Shown here piece after piece: positions 9,781-18,036 of a stretch of DNA of 64,000 nucleotides (the stretch's first letter is position 1; every line of letters starts with the position of its first letter). The notes under the pieces were generated by a model. That model worked only from the letters and a program-made list of their open reading frames with translations, was not told the DNA's origin and made no database searches. Location: the sequence record NC_049849.1; one strand, written 5' to 3'. Position numbers and translations under genes: made by a program.

Positions 9781-10404
9781 ATGTTTGGCACAATCACCCT
9801 GGCGTCGAATGGCGGCCTGGAAGTTCTACCCATCTTTAAAAACCATCTGAGTGGCACACATAATCCGGGCCGTCAGAATGGAACCTGGGTCCTTGAAACT
9901 TATGACGAGTCGGCAGAGGTCTACCTACCGCAACGTGATAAGCACGTAACGATCTGGTGCAACGATCCCGAGCACTACTTCTGGACTGAGTACTTGCAGT
10001 CCCAAGAAGCGACGAAAGATACGCAACGCGCAAAGCTACAGAAGGTAGCGCGCAACTTGCCTGGAAACATCAACTACGCTGTACTCAATACCGAAGGCGA
10101 CCATGGGTCTATCTCGCTGTTGACTCCTGAGTACAATGGCGCCGCAATCGCCGTTTCGGTCGTCATCAGTCAGCGCTCAGCTCAGTTGCTGTGGTCGATC
10201 AGTGAAGACGAAGACTTGATCGAAAAGCTGCGCGCAAGCGATCCACGCATGTACTCGATCTACAGGTTCCCCGAAGTCCGCGGCGCCATGTTCATCAACA
10301 CTCTGGCCGTGTGCTCGAAGTGGTGGAAGTGGATGCAGACCTTTGAAGGTAATACGTTGAAGTGCTGCAATGCACTCGAGGTCATGCTGTGTAAGGAACG
10401 TTGA
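9781..10404 (+). CDS. hypothetical protein
   Basis: GAGG RBS before ATG 9781; 207 aa. Confidence 0.6.
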   Translation: MFGTITLASNGGLEVLPIFKNHLSGTHNPGRQNGTWVLETYDESAEVYLPQRDKHVTIWCNDPEHYFWTEYLQSQEATKDTQRAKLQKVARNLPGNINYAVLNTEGDHGSISLLTPEYNGAAIAVSVVISQRSAQLLWSISEDEDLIEKLRASDPRMYSIYRFPEVRGAMFINTLAVCSKWWKWMQTFEGNTLKCCNALEVMLCKER

Positions 10405-10405
10405 T

Positions 10406-11395
10406 ATGTCGGACTATCTAGACCGGCAAGACAAGCTGGCATTCGTTCTCGACCAGATGCGTCAGTACTCAGGTGAAGCCAAGCGCCTGTCTGGCTCTAC
10501 GATGATTCTCTGTCCGTTCCATGCGGACGCCACGCCGAGCTGTCGTATCTTTCACGGCTCTGATACGAAGTACCCTGGAGCATTCAAATGCTATGGATGC
10601 CCCGAAGGTGGCGGCTGGAACAAGATCGCCGAGCACATCGGACTGCAGCCGTACAAGCCTGGCAAGCCTACGACGAAATATGCGTTGGGCATCAATCTCG
10701 CGCTAGAGGATGATGAGCCGATTGACGATGCGTACTTCACGACTGAGCTGCCGAAGGGTAAGAAGTGGCGGTCGATCCCCACTAACTTCCTACGCAAAGT
10801 CGGGTGCAAGTTCTATCACTCCGAGAAGTACAACACCAAGTACCTGTTCATGCCAGTCATCGTGAATGGCGAAATGAAAGGCTTTGTGCGCGGGCGTCTC
10901 CGCAAGGAAGAAGGCAAGCCGTCGTATCTGAACTCTAAGACTGCATGGACTGCGACCTACGGGTTCTTTCCGTTTGACTTCGCAATCAAACGCGCAAAGA
11001 AGTACAAGCGCATCGTCTTGGTCGAGGGGCAACGCGATGCTCTGCGGCTTCTCATGATGGGCATTCCGGCCGTGGCTATTCTCGGGTCGCAGTCGTGGAC
11101 AGAGTACAAGGCGCAGCTGCTCGAGCTCTATGGCATTGAAGAATGTGTGCTGCTATTCGACGGCGATCCTGCAGGCATCAAAGCAACGAAGACCGCACTA
11201 ACGTTTCTGAAGCCGCACTACAAGTGCACGGTCATCAAGCTGTGGAAGCTCGAAGGTTCTCCGTATCACGAGTACAAGCAAATCAAGTCGAAGAAAAAGC
11301 GCAAGGCTTTCAAGAGCAAGCTTTGGGACCCGGGCAATTGCCCTGAATGGATTTTAGATCGAATCAAGGAGAAGTACTTTGCTAGCTCTGCTTAA
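10406..11395 (+). CDS. dnaG: DNA primase (DnaG-like, CHC2 zinc finger + TOPRIM)
   Basis: CPFH...CYGC zinc finger; TOPRIM LVEGQRDAL and FDGDPAG; start refined to 10406. Confidence 0.88.
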   Translation: MSDYLDRQDKLAFVLDQMRQYSGEAKRLSGSTMILCPFHADATPSCRIFHGSDTKYPGAFKCYGCPEGGGWNKIAEHIGLQPYKPGKPTTKYALGINLALEDDEPIDDAYFTTELPKGKKWRSIPTNFLRKVGCKFYHSEKYNTKYLFMPVIVNGEMKGFVRGRLRKEEGKPSYLNSKTAWTATYGFFPFDFAIKRAKKYKRIVLVEGQRDALRLLMMGIPAVAILGSQSWTEYKAQLLELYGIEECVLLFDGDPAGIKATKTALTFLKPHYKCTVIKLWKLEGSPYHEYKQIKSKKKRKAFKSKLWDPGNCPEWILDRIKEKYFASSA

Positions 11396-11780
11396 GACAG
11401 GCTGGTCCGCATTCAAAGGATTCTTGCCCAACCCGTGGCTCATCGTCGTGGTGTTCATCGCTTTGTGCACCGTGGGTCTCTACGGCTACCATTCTGGCTC
11501 TACCGCAATGGAAACTGCGAAGAATCTGGAAATCCAGAAAATCGTAAATAGCAGGAACATGGAGCGTGGCGATTGGAATACGCGACTGGCCAATCTGGAA
11601 ATCAAAACGTTTGACCAGTCTCTGTATTTCAAGAACCTGCAAATCACAAGCGCGGTCGAACGCGAGCGTATCGTTACCGAGTATGTGACGAAGTGGAAGA
11701 CTCAGCCGGCCAATCAAGACTGCGGTCTGCCAGCTGATGCGATCAGCGTGCTTAACTCTCTGCAAGAGGTTCGCAAATGA
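11379..11780 (+). CDS. inner-membrane spanin (Rz-like)
   Basis: Single N-terminal TM helix (WLIVVVFIALCTVGLYGY), periplasmic coiled region, C-terminal Cys; coupled to a lipoprotein gene. Confidence 0.7.
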   Translation: MLALLKTGWSAFKGFLPNPWLIVVVFIALCTVGLYGYHSGSTAMETAKNLEIQKIVNSRNMERGDWNTRLANLEIKTFDQSLYFKNLQITSAVERERIVTEYVTKWKTQPANQDCGLPADAISVLNSLQEVRK

Positions 11781-12082
11781 TGCGCCTACGCTTCGCACTG
11801 TTGTCTCTCGTTCTCGTGAACATTGTTCTTTTGGCCGGATGCGCACCCACTCCGCAAAAGCCTGACCAGTCGTTGATCCCAACCAACGAAGTCCGAGTCA
11901 GTCCCGATGCTCTTTTGCAATGTCGTAAATACGAGAAGTTAGAAGTGAGGAAATATACGCCGCCCGAAGTGGTGGAGATAATTTCCGGTCTCTACAATCT
12001 GATTGACGAGTGCTCAGATAAACAAAAAATCCTGTCTGAGTTCGTCAACGGTTTGAATTTGAAAAACGTAAATACCCAGTAG
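11777..12082 (+). CDS. outer-membrane spanin lipoprotein (Rz1-like)
   Basis: Signal peptide with lipobox LAG-C, Pro-rich start, two further Cys. Confidence 0.72.
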   Translation: MMRLRFALLSLVLVNIVLLAGCAPTPQKPDQSLIPTNEVRVSPDALLQCRKYEKLEVRKYTPPEVVEIISGLYNLIDECSDKQKILSEFVNGLNLKNVNTQ

Positions 12083-12131
12083 CCAGATTCCCTTCCCAAC
12101 TCTAGTCTGGTACAGACAATAGGAGAAAGAA

Positions 12132-13061
12132 ATGTCCGAAGCCCAAGTTAACGCCGCCTTTGATGATCTGACCGCCGGTGCCGTTTGGCAACGTGAGAAG
12201 AAAGGCAAGATCATTCAAGTGACGGTGTTGGGTGTCACCAACCTGCATCTGAAAGACGAGCAAGCGGAAAAGAATCCGCCGCAAGTCGTGTTCATCGACT
12301 CGAAGACTCGTATGTGCACCATGAACGTCGATCAGTTCCTGAAGGGTCGTGTGTTCTACAACGTCAACCCGATCGTTGAAAACAACCTCGAGTATCTGCT
12401 GATCGACCGCGGCATCGCCGACGAAGAAGCCGATTCCGAAGAAGACGAAGTTCAAGAACTCGAAGGTGATACTGGTGACGAGCTGCCTGACCTCGACCTG
12501 GGTGAAGACGCTGAAAGCGAAGAGCTGACCGACGGTTCGGTTAACGAAGAGCTGGACGAAGACCCCGTGCCGGTACAGTTCTTCAGCTCCAGCAATTCCA
12601 GCAAGCCCGCTATCGACGGCAGCGTTTTGGCCGCAGCTGTGATTTCCTACACGCAGCGCCCGAGCCCCGCGACCAATGAAATCGTGCATGAGTTCCTGGT
12701 CGATGCCGCGCAACTGAATGCCGAACAGCTCACGCAGTGCTTCAGCACCGCAGCTGCCAACGGTGGTCCGATCTACGGTGCCTTCATTCTCGGCGATGCG
12801 ATGTATCAGTGGGAGCGTTTCCTCGGCGTGTATCCGATGTACAGCGGCGCCGATCTGTTGCTGACCGTCGTCCTGGGTAGCGAAACGAGCTTCAACATTA
12901 CCGAAGTCCCGGCCGCTCCTGCAGTTCAAGTCCAGCCGGCTCCGGTCGCTGTCGAAGCTCCGGTGCAGCAAGCCCAGCAAGCTCCGGCTGAGCCCGAAGC
13001 TGAAATCCAAGTTGCTCAGTCGCCCAGCGCCGCTGCGGTAGCCGCGCAAATCGTTCAGTAA
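12132..13061 (+). CDS. hypothetical acidic protein
   Basis: AGGAG RBS, 309 aa, acidic linker and Ala/Pro/Gln tail, followed by a terminator. Confidence 0.7.
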   Translation: MSEAQVNAAFDDLTAGAVWQREKKGKIIQVTVLGVTNLHLKDEQAEKNPPQVVFIDSKTRMCTMNVDQFLKGRVFYNVNPIVENNLEYLLIDRGIADEEADSEEDEVQELEGDTGDELPDLDLGEDAESEELTDGSVNEELDEDPVPVQFFSSSNSSKPAIDGSVLAAAVISYTQRPSPATNEIVHEFLVDAAQLNAEQLTQCFSTAAANGGPIYGAFILGDAMYQWERFLGVYPMYSGADLLLTVVLGSETSFNITEVPAAPAVQVQPAPVAVEAPVQQAQQAPAEPEAEIQVAQSPSAAAVAAQIVQ

Positions 13062-13068
13062 TCTTTCG

Positions 13069-13098
13069 AGGGGCAGGCATTAACGTGTCTGCCCCTTT
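13069..13098 (+). terminator. rho-independent terminator
   Basis: AGGGGCAGGCAT-TAAC-GTGTCTGCCCCT stem-loop plus TT. Confidence 0.65.
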
Positions 13099-13104
13099 AC
13101 TCAT

Positions 13105-14109
13105 ATGCAAATCAAAACTTCCGATTACGTACTGGTTAAGCAGGCTAACGGCAAGCCGTTCCTGTTGAAGGCCGAGAAGGTAACGAGCGAAACGGTGACG
13201 GGTGTGGTGGTCAAGAACTGTCACATTCCCGGAAAGAAGCAAGTGCTGGACGTGCCGCGCAGTGACTGCTTTGCCAACATGGGTGACGAACCTGAGCCAG
13301 GCAAAGCCTACGGCGTAGACCTCGAAGTCTATCGTGGTCGCAAGGATCATCACGAGTTTGGTATTCAGAACTTCTTCTACAAGCCGAAGAAGGATGTTAC
13401 CAAGCAGTACCTCAAGATGTTGGACGTTGCCAGCAAGAAGCTGAAGGCCGCAGGCTTCGGCAAGATGCTGAACGACGAAATCATTTGGGAACTGTACAAG
13501 CACAAGGGTCAGAAGTGGGCAGGCTTCTACTACCCACGCAAGGGCGACACGATCCCGCCGCGCATCAAGCTGTACTTGGAAATCAACGGCGGTGTCGCCA
13601 AAGACTACATCGGTTACGTCTACCACGAGTTCGGGCATCACCTGCACAGCGCGTACCTGATGGAAAACACCAAGATGGACGCCAGGTGGATTCAGCTGTT
13701 CAATACGTCAGTCAAGGTCGTGAACATCAACAAGTCGCTGTGCGAGCAACTGCTGCAGGCTCTGCTTGATGGCGAAACTCGACCGTCCAAGTTCAAAGGC
13801 GACATTGAAGACGACGAGCTGAAGCTCGCGTATCAGTGGGTGCTGCGTACGATCCAGCAGAATCACGCAATTTCAGTACGCGAGCTCGACCGGTTGTTTG
13901 AAGCAGACTTCAAGTCCGATATCGAAGCGCTGTGGCCGAAGCATCACATCCGCAAGAAAGACTTGGAGCCCATCGTCTCCGACTACGCAACGACGAATTA
14001 CCGAGAGCTGTTTGCCGAGAGCTTCCGCATGTATATGGAAGGCATCAAGCTCCCGAAGAATGTTCATTCGCTGCTCGAGAAGACGCTCACCTACATCAAG
14101 AATCTGTAG
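13105..14109 (+). CDS. zincin metallopeptidase-like protein (anthrax lethal factor/PPEP-like)
   Basis: HEFGH zinc motif and downstream YATTNYRELFAESF third-ligand motif. Confidence 0.6.
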   Translation: MQIKTSDYVLVKQANGKPFLLKAEKVTSETVTGVVVKNCHIPGKKQVLDVPRSDCFANMGDEPEPGKAYGVDLEVYRGRKDHHEFGIQNFFYKPKKDVTKQYLKMLDVASKKLKAAGFGKMLNDEIIWELYKHKGQKWAGFYYPRKGDTIPPRIKLYLEINGGVAKDYIGYVYHEFGHHLHSAYLMENTKMDARWIQLFNTSVKVVNINKSLCEQLLQALLDGETRPSKFKGDIEDDELKLAYQWVLRTIQQNHAISVRELDRLFEADFKSDIEALWPKHHIRKKDLEPIVSDYATTNYRELFAESFRMYMEGIKLPKNVHSLLEKTLTYIKNL

Positions 14110-14110
14110 C

Positions 14111-14452
14111 ATGGCAGAAAACATCCTAGAGTATCTCTTTCAGACCAACATTGATGGCTTGCAGGAATCAGCGGGCTTTACGCTGAGGCAACAGGATGCT
14201 GATCTGTTGCGTCAGTTTTTCTTTATGGGCGCTTATAACGCAATCATGCTGCAGCGTACAGGGCTCAAAGGTCTGAACGCGGCAAAGCCCGACGAAGTAG
14301 CGTGCTACACGCAGAACCAAATGCTCGGTGAAATCTTTGACGTGATAGGTACTGAGGAAGGCATGGATGATGAGTACGAAGACGAAGAGCAAGACTCCGA
14401 CGAAGACGACGAAGAGCAAGAAGCCATTCCGCCAAACCGGAACCTACACTAA
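14111..14452 (+). CDS. hypothetical protein with acidic C-terminus
   Basis: Start refined to 14111, right after the upstream stop. Confidence 0.55.
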   Translation: MAENILEYLFQTNIDGLQESAGFTLRQQDADLLRQFFFMGAYNAIMLQRTGLKGLNAAKPDEVACYTQNQMLGEIFDVIGTEEGMDDEYEDEEQDSDEDDEEQEAIPPNRNLH

Positions 14453-14735
14453 GATCAAGCAGTCGTATCCGGCTACGTCGATCTGCAAGCGGTTGAAGTT
14501 CGGCGAGACTTCGATCAAAGGTATCAGGCCTGACGGGTCTGTTATCAAGATCAAGCTCAAGGACTTCATCATGGCTAAGCGCTCAGAGGACGGCGGCACT
14601 ATCATGGTGACGTATACGGTACGCTCGGATCAAGGCATGTATCTCGAGTTCGTTAAGCACATGAACGACGATATCAGCCAATACCGCCAGGGTACGACCT
14701 TGGTCTACATATCACGCAAGAGGGTAAAAGAATGA
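14367..14735 (+). CDS. hypothetical protein
   Basis: GAGGAAGG upstream; overlaps the previous gene by 86 nt, so the start is uncertain. Confidence 0.45.
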   Translation: MMSTKTKSKTPTKTTKSKKPFRQTGTYTKIKQSYPATSICKRLKFGETSIKGIRPDGSVIKIKLKDFIMAKRSEDGGTIMVTYTVRSDQGMYLEFVKHMNDDISQYRQGTTLVYISRKRVKE

Positions 14736-15301
14736 TTGTCAAACTTTTGGAACTGCTGCATATCTCGCACGAAGAATTTCTGCAGCGCTCGTGTTATACC
14801 GAAGCCGAGTTCAACAGCTGGGGTGAAATCAACGTGCCTCGCCAGGCGTATGTCATCGCAAATCTGATTGCTGCAAATCGCAACCTACAGCAAGCACAAC
14901 GTACGGTGATTCATATCGCAGCCGGCGACGAGAACTGGACGCCTTCGAGTGAAGAGCAGCAACAGTTGGCACGTGACTTCTTCAAGGCGATGAACGAGGG
15001 TACCCCCTTCACCACGCGTAACGGAGTCAAGGTCACGCCTGTGCAAGTCGGCGTCGTGAACAATCTGATTGTCGAACCGCGTGGTGATGAAGACACGCAA
15101 TACGGCAGTGAAGCAGAGCGCGCCATGGGTGGCACGGCGGGTGCCGGAACAGTCATCACTGCGGGCGACGAAACCTGGCAGCCAACGCAAGAGCAGCTCG
15201 AGCAACTCGTGAAAGAGTTCAAGGAAGCCGAGTACGATCCCAACGGCGGCTGGGTCCGTAAGCCGTACACTGTCATCAGCGACAAGAGCAACAACCCATG
15301 A
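14732..15301 (+). CDS. hypothetical protein, possible N-terminal HTH plus duplicated motif
   Basis: Internal repeat AGDENWTPSSEEQQQLARDF / AGDETWQPTQEQLEQLVKEF. Confidence 0.6.
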   Translation: MIVKLLELLHISHEEFLQRSCYTEAEFNSWGEINVPRQAYVIANLIAANRNLQQAQRTVIHIAAGDENWTPSSEEQQQLARDFFKAMNEGTPFTTRNGVKVTPVQVGVVNNLIVEPRGDEDTQYGSEAERAMGGTAGAGTVITAGDETWQPTQEQLEQLVKEFKEAEYDPNGGWVRKPYTVISDKSNNP

Positions 15302-16278
15302 AGCAATACCTTGACACCGTAGAATTCGTCATTGCCAACGGAGTACGGCAGTCTAACCGTACCGGCATCGACACCATTGCATTCCCTGGCGCTTCCATGC
15401 GCTTCGATCTGCGCGATGGGTTTCCTGCAGTCACGACCAAGAAGCTAGCCTTCAAGTCCGTCATCGGCGAAGGCATTGGGTTCTTGCGTGGCGTTGAGTC
15501 AGCCAAGGACTTCCGAGACCTCGGCTGCCAAGTCTGGAATCAGAACGCCAACGAGAATCAGCAGTGGTTGGACAATCCGTACCGCAAGGGTGAAGATGAC
15601 CTCGGCCCGGTCTACGGTTCGCAGTGGCGTCGCTGGAAAGGCACGAAGAAAATCTCGCGCTTTGACAAGAAAGCGAGTCGAGCGGCTATGGACTCGGGTT
15701 GGGAAATGGCTGGCGCCGATATCGCGGCTGAGGACGATCACCACTACTTCTTCTACGAGAAGGAAATCGACCAACTGCAGATGTGCTTGGACAAGCTGCG
15801 CAACAACCCGACCGATCGCCGCATTCTGTTCCACGGCTGGAACCCCGCGGTACTCGATCAAGTCGCACTCCCGGCATGCCATCTGCTGTATCAGTTTCTG
15901 CCGAACGTCGCACAGCGTGAGTTGTCCATGACTTGCTATATTCGTAGCAACGACTTGTTCCTCGGTGCACCGTTCAACATTGCAGAAGCTGCCTGGCTCC
16001 TGTCGTTGTTTGCTCGACTGTCTGGATTCACTCCGCGTTACTTGCAAATCTTTATCGGTGACGCACACGTATACGTCAACCACCTCGACGCATTCAAGCT
16101 TCAGCGCTCGCGTGAAGTCTACGCATCGCCGAAGCTGCAAATCTCTGATGAAGTTCCGACGCATACGCATCCGGCTGCTGAGAGCATTGACGAAGTAGCC
16201 AACCTCATTCGCCCCGAGCATTTCACTCTGGTCGACTATCTCCATCACGATCCCATCAAAGCCGACATGGCTGTTTAA
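15298..16278 (+). CDS. thyA: thymidylate synthase
   Basis: DLGPVYGSQWR, DRRILFHGWNP, ALPACHLLYQF, YIRSNDLFLGAPFNIA. Confidence 0.95.
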   Translation: MKQYLDTVEFVIANGVRQSNRTGIDTIAFPGASMRFDLRDGFPAVTTKKLAFKSVIGEGIGFLRGVESAKDFRDLGCQVWNQNANENQQWLDNPYRKGEDDLGPVYGSQWRRWKGTKKISRFDKKASRAAMDSGWEMAGADIAAEDDHHYFFYEKEIDQLQMCLDKLRNNPTDRRILFHGWNPAVLDQVALPACHLLYQFLPNVAQRELSMTCYIRSNDLFLGAPFNIAEAAWLLSLFARLSGFTPRYLQIFIGDAHVYVNHLDAFKLQRSREVYASPKLQISDEVPTHTHPAAESIDEVANLIRPEHFTLVDYLHHDPIKADMAV

Positions 16279-16290
16279 CTGAGAGCACTA

Positions 16291-16566
16291 ATGCAACCCT
16301 TTCACGACTTCGTACTCATCAAGATCATCGACACCACGACCAAGAGCGCAGGCGGTCTGTACATCGCTCAGCAATCCCGTTCGCCGTACAAGCGCGGTGA
16401 AGTGGTCAATCTCGGCCCGGGTGCTGTGAACTTCAACGGCGTCACCATTCCCATGCAGTCGCAGATTGGCGACGAAGTGGTTTTCAGCTCGGACGTTGAA
16501 ACCTTTACCGAGAACGGCGAAGAGTACACGCTCATCAAAGACGCCTTCATCCTGGCCAAGGTGTAA
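16291..16566 (+). CDS. groES: co-chaperonin GroES (Cpn10)
   Basis: PFHDFVLIK, mobile loop TKSAGGLYI, GEVVNLGPG, GDEVVF, GEEYTLI. Confidence 0.9.
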   Translation: MQPFHDFVLIKIIDTTTKSAGGLYIAQQSRSPYKRGEVVNLGPGAVNFNGVTIPMQSQIGDEVVFSSDVETFTENGEEYTLIKDAFILAKV

Positions 16567-16569
16567 GTC

Positions 16570-16914
16570 ATGATTGTCGGCCTCGACTTTGACGAAACCT
16601 ATACCCGCGATCCTGAAACCTGGGATAAGGTGATTGCGGTTCTCCGCGCAGCACGCCACACGGTCTACTGCGTGACCATGCGTTACCCAGGCCTGGAAGA
16701 GTCGCTCGAAGTATCGTCGCAGCTCAACGGCAAGGTCGACGCGTGCTTCTTCACCGGCCGCAAAGGCAAGCGCGACTTCATGTATGCACAAGGCATCAAC
16801 GTGCATGTGTGGATCGACGATATGCCCGACGCCATCATCATGGACTTTCACCCGCACAAGGTGAGCGAATCTGAAGGCCAAGGCCTGTGGGTTCCGGGTA
16901 GCTCTGCAACGTAA
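16570..16914 (+). CDS. HAD-family phosphatase
   Basis: Motif I LDFDET, motif II VTMR, motif IV WIDD. Confidence 0.7.
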   Translation: MIVGLDFDETYTRDPETWDKVIAVLRAARHTVYCVTMRYPGLEESLEVSSQLNGKVDACFFTGRKGKRDFMYAQGINVHVWIDDMPDAIIMDFHPHKVSESEGQGLWVPGSSAT

Positions 16915-16924
16915 TAGCGCAATA

Positions 16925-16933
16925 TCGTAAATA
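16925..16933 (+). promoter_or_regulatory. TCGTAAATA motif (candidate phage promoter) upstream of the deazaguanine cluster
   Basis: One of 16 exact copies on the + strand; intergenic; followed by a hairpin (16935-16961) and the queD RBS. Confidence 0.6.
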
Positions 16934-16934
16934 C

Positions 16935-16961
16935 AGGGATGTGGACTAGCTCCACGTCCCT
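16935..16961 (+). other. stem-loop (terminator or 5' stabilising hairpin)
   Basis: AGGGATGTGGA-CTAGC-TCCACGTCCCT. Confidence 0.5.
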
Positions 16962-16981
16962 ACTCACTTTTAAGGATTATC

Positions 16982-17428
16982 ATGGTCTGGCAATCTACCA
17001 AAACGTACGGTCATGAAGTTGGACTGAGCTGCGCATTCCGACAATGGCGCGCTCACTCGCATTGCCGTTTCGTTCATGGGTACGCACTGGCATTCAAGTT
17101 CGTCTTCGAGACTGAAGAGCTGGACAGCACGAACTGGGCAGTGGACTTCGGCGGCCTCAAGTCGTTGAAGCAAATGCTGCAAGACACGTTTGACCACAAG
17201 ACTGTTGTTGCCGAAGACGATCCCGAACTCGAATGGTTCAAGGAAGCAGAGAAGCGTGGCATCCTCGAACTGGTGGTACTGCCGCATGGTGGCTGCGAGA
17301 AGTTTGCAGAGTTCACGTATGAAGCCGCTGAGCAGTGGCTCAAGGATGCGGGCTTCAGTCCTCGTTGCCGACTGGTCTCTGTTGAAGTCTCCGAGCACGG
17401 CGCCAACTCCGCAATCTTCAAGCGTTAA
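16982..17428 (+). CDS. queD: 6-carboxy-5,6,7,8-tetrahydropterin synthase
   Basis: HSHCRFVHGY, VDFGGLK, FDHKT; T-fold size; Que cluster context. Confidence 0.9.
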   Translation: MVWQSTKTYGHEVGLSCAFRQWRAHSHCRFVHGYALAFKFVFETEELDSTNWAVDFGGLKSLKQMLQDTFDHKTVVAEDDPELEWFKEAEKRGILELVVLPHGGCEKFAEFTYEAAEQWLKDAGFSPRCRLVSVEVSEHGANSAIFKR

Positions 17429-17430
17429 TT

Positions 17431-18033
17431 ATGAAACCAATCATTCTTCTGTACGGTGGTGGCATCGACTCGACTACGCTACTGGCGCACCTGTCTAAGC
17501 ACCGTCGAGTATATGCAATGTTCTTTGCCTACGGTCAGAAGGCCGAAGCGTTGGAGCGCGAAGCCTGCAAGTATTTCTGCGAACGCTACCACGCTGAGTT
17601 CGTTGAAGTCAAGCTGCCCATTTCGGAACTCGCGGACTCCGCGATCCTGAACGGCGGTGCTCTGGCTGACAATCCCGCTATCAACATTGTTGATGGTCGC
17701 AACCTGACGTTCATTACCTTGGCTTCGATGTTCGCGGCCAAGGTAGACGTGACTGAGATTGCTGTAGGCTTCCATGTTGAGCCGGTAGCGCGCCCCTTCC
17801 CGGATGCGAGCCCCGAGTTCCTGGATGCAGTTAACACGATGCTGCCGCAAGCCTTCGTACACAAAGCTCAAGTCGTTGCTCCTTTCAAGGACATGACCCG
17901 CGCTGAAATCTTCCGATACGCGGATTCGATGGACTCAGAAATTCTGGCCCAAGCACATACGTGCTATGAAGACGTACCCGGTGGTTGCGGCAAGTGCAGC
18001 CACTGCCTAATCAAAGCAGAACTAACGGAGTAA
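17431..18033 (+). CDS. queC: 7-cyano-7-deazaguanine synthase
   Basis: PP-loop GGGIDS, FAYGQ, VDGRN, YPD-like FPDAS, zinc cluster TCY...CGKCSHC. Confidence 0.88.
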   Translation: MKPIILLYGGGIDSTTLLAHLSKHRRVYAMFFAYGQKAEALEREACKYFCERYHAEFVEVKLPISELADSAILNGGALADNPAINIVDGRNLTFITLASMFAAKVDVTEIAVGFHVEPVARPFPDASPEFLDAVNTMLPQAFVHKAQVVAPFKDMTRAEIFRYADSMDSEILAQAHTCYEDVPGGCGKCSHCLIKAELTE

Positions 18034-18036
18034 TCC

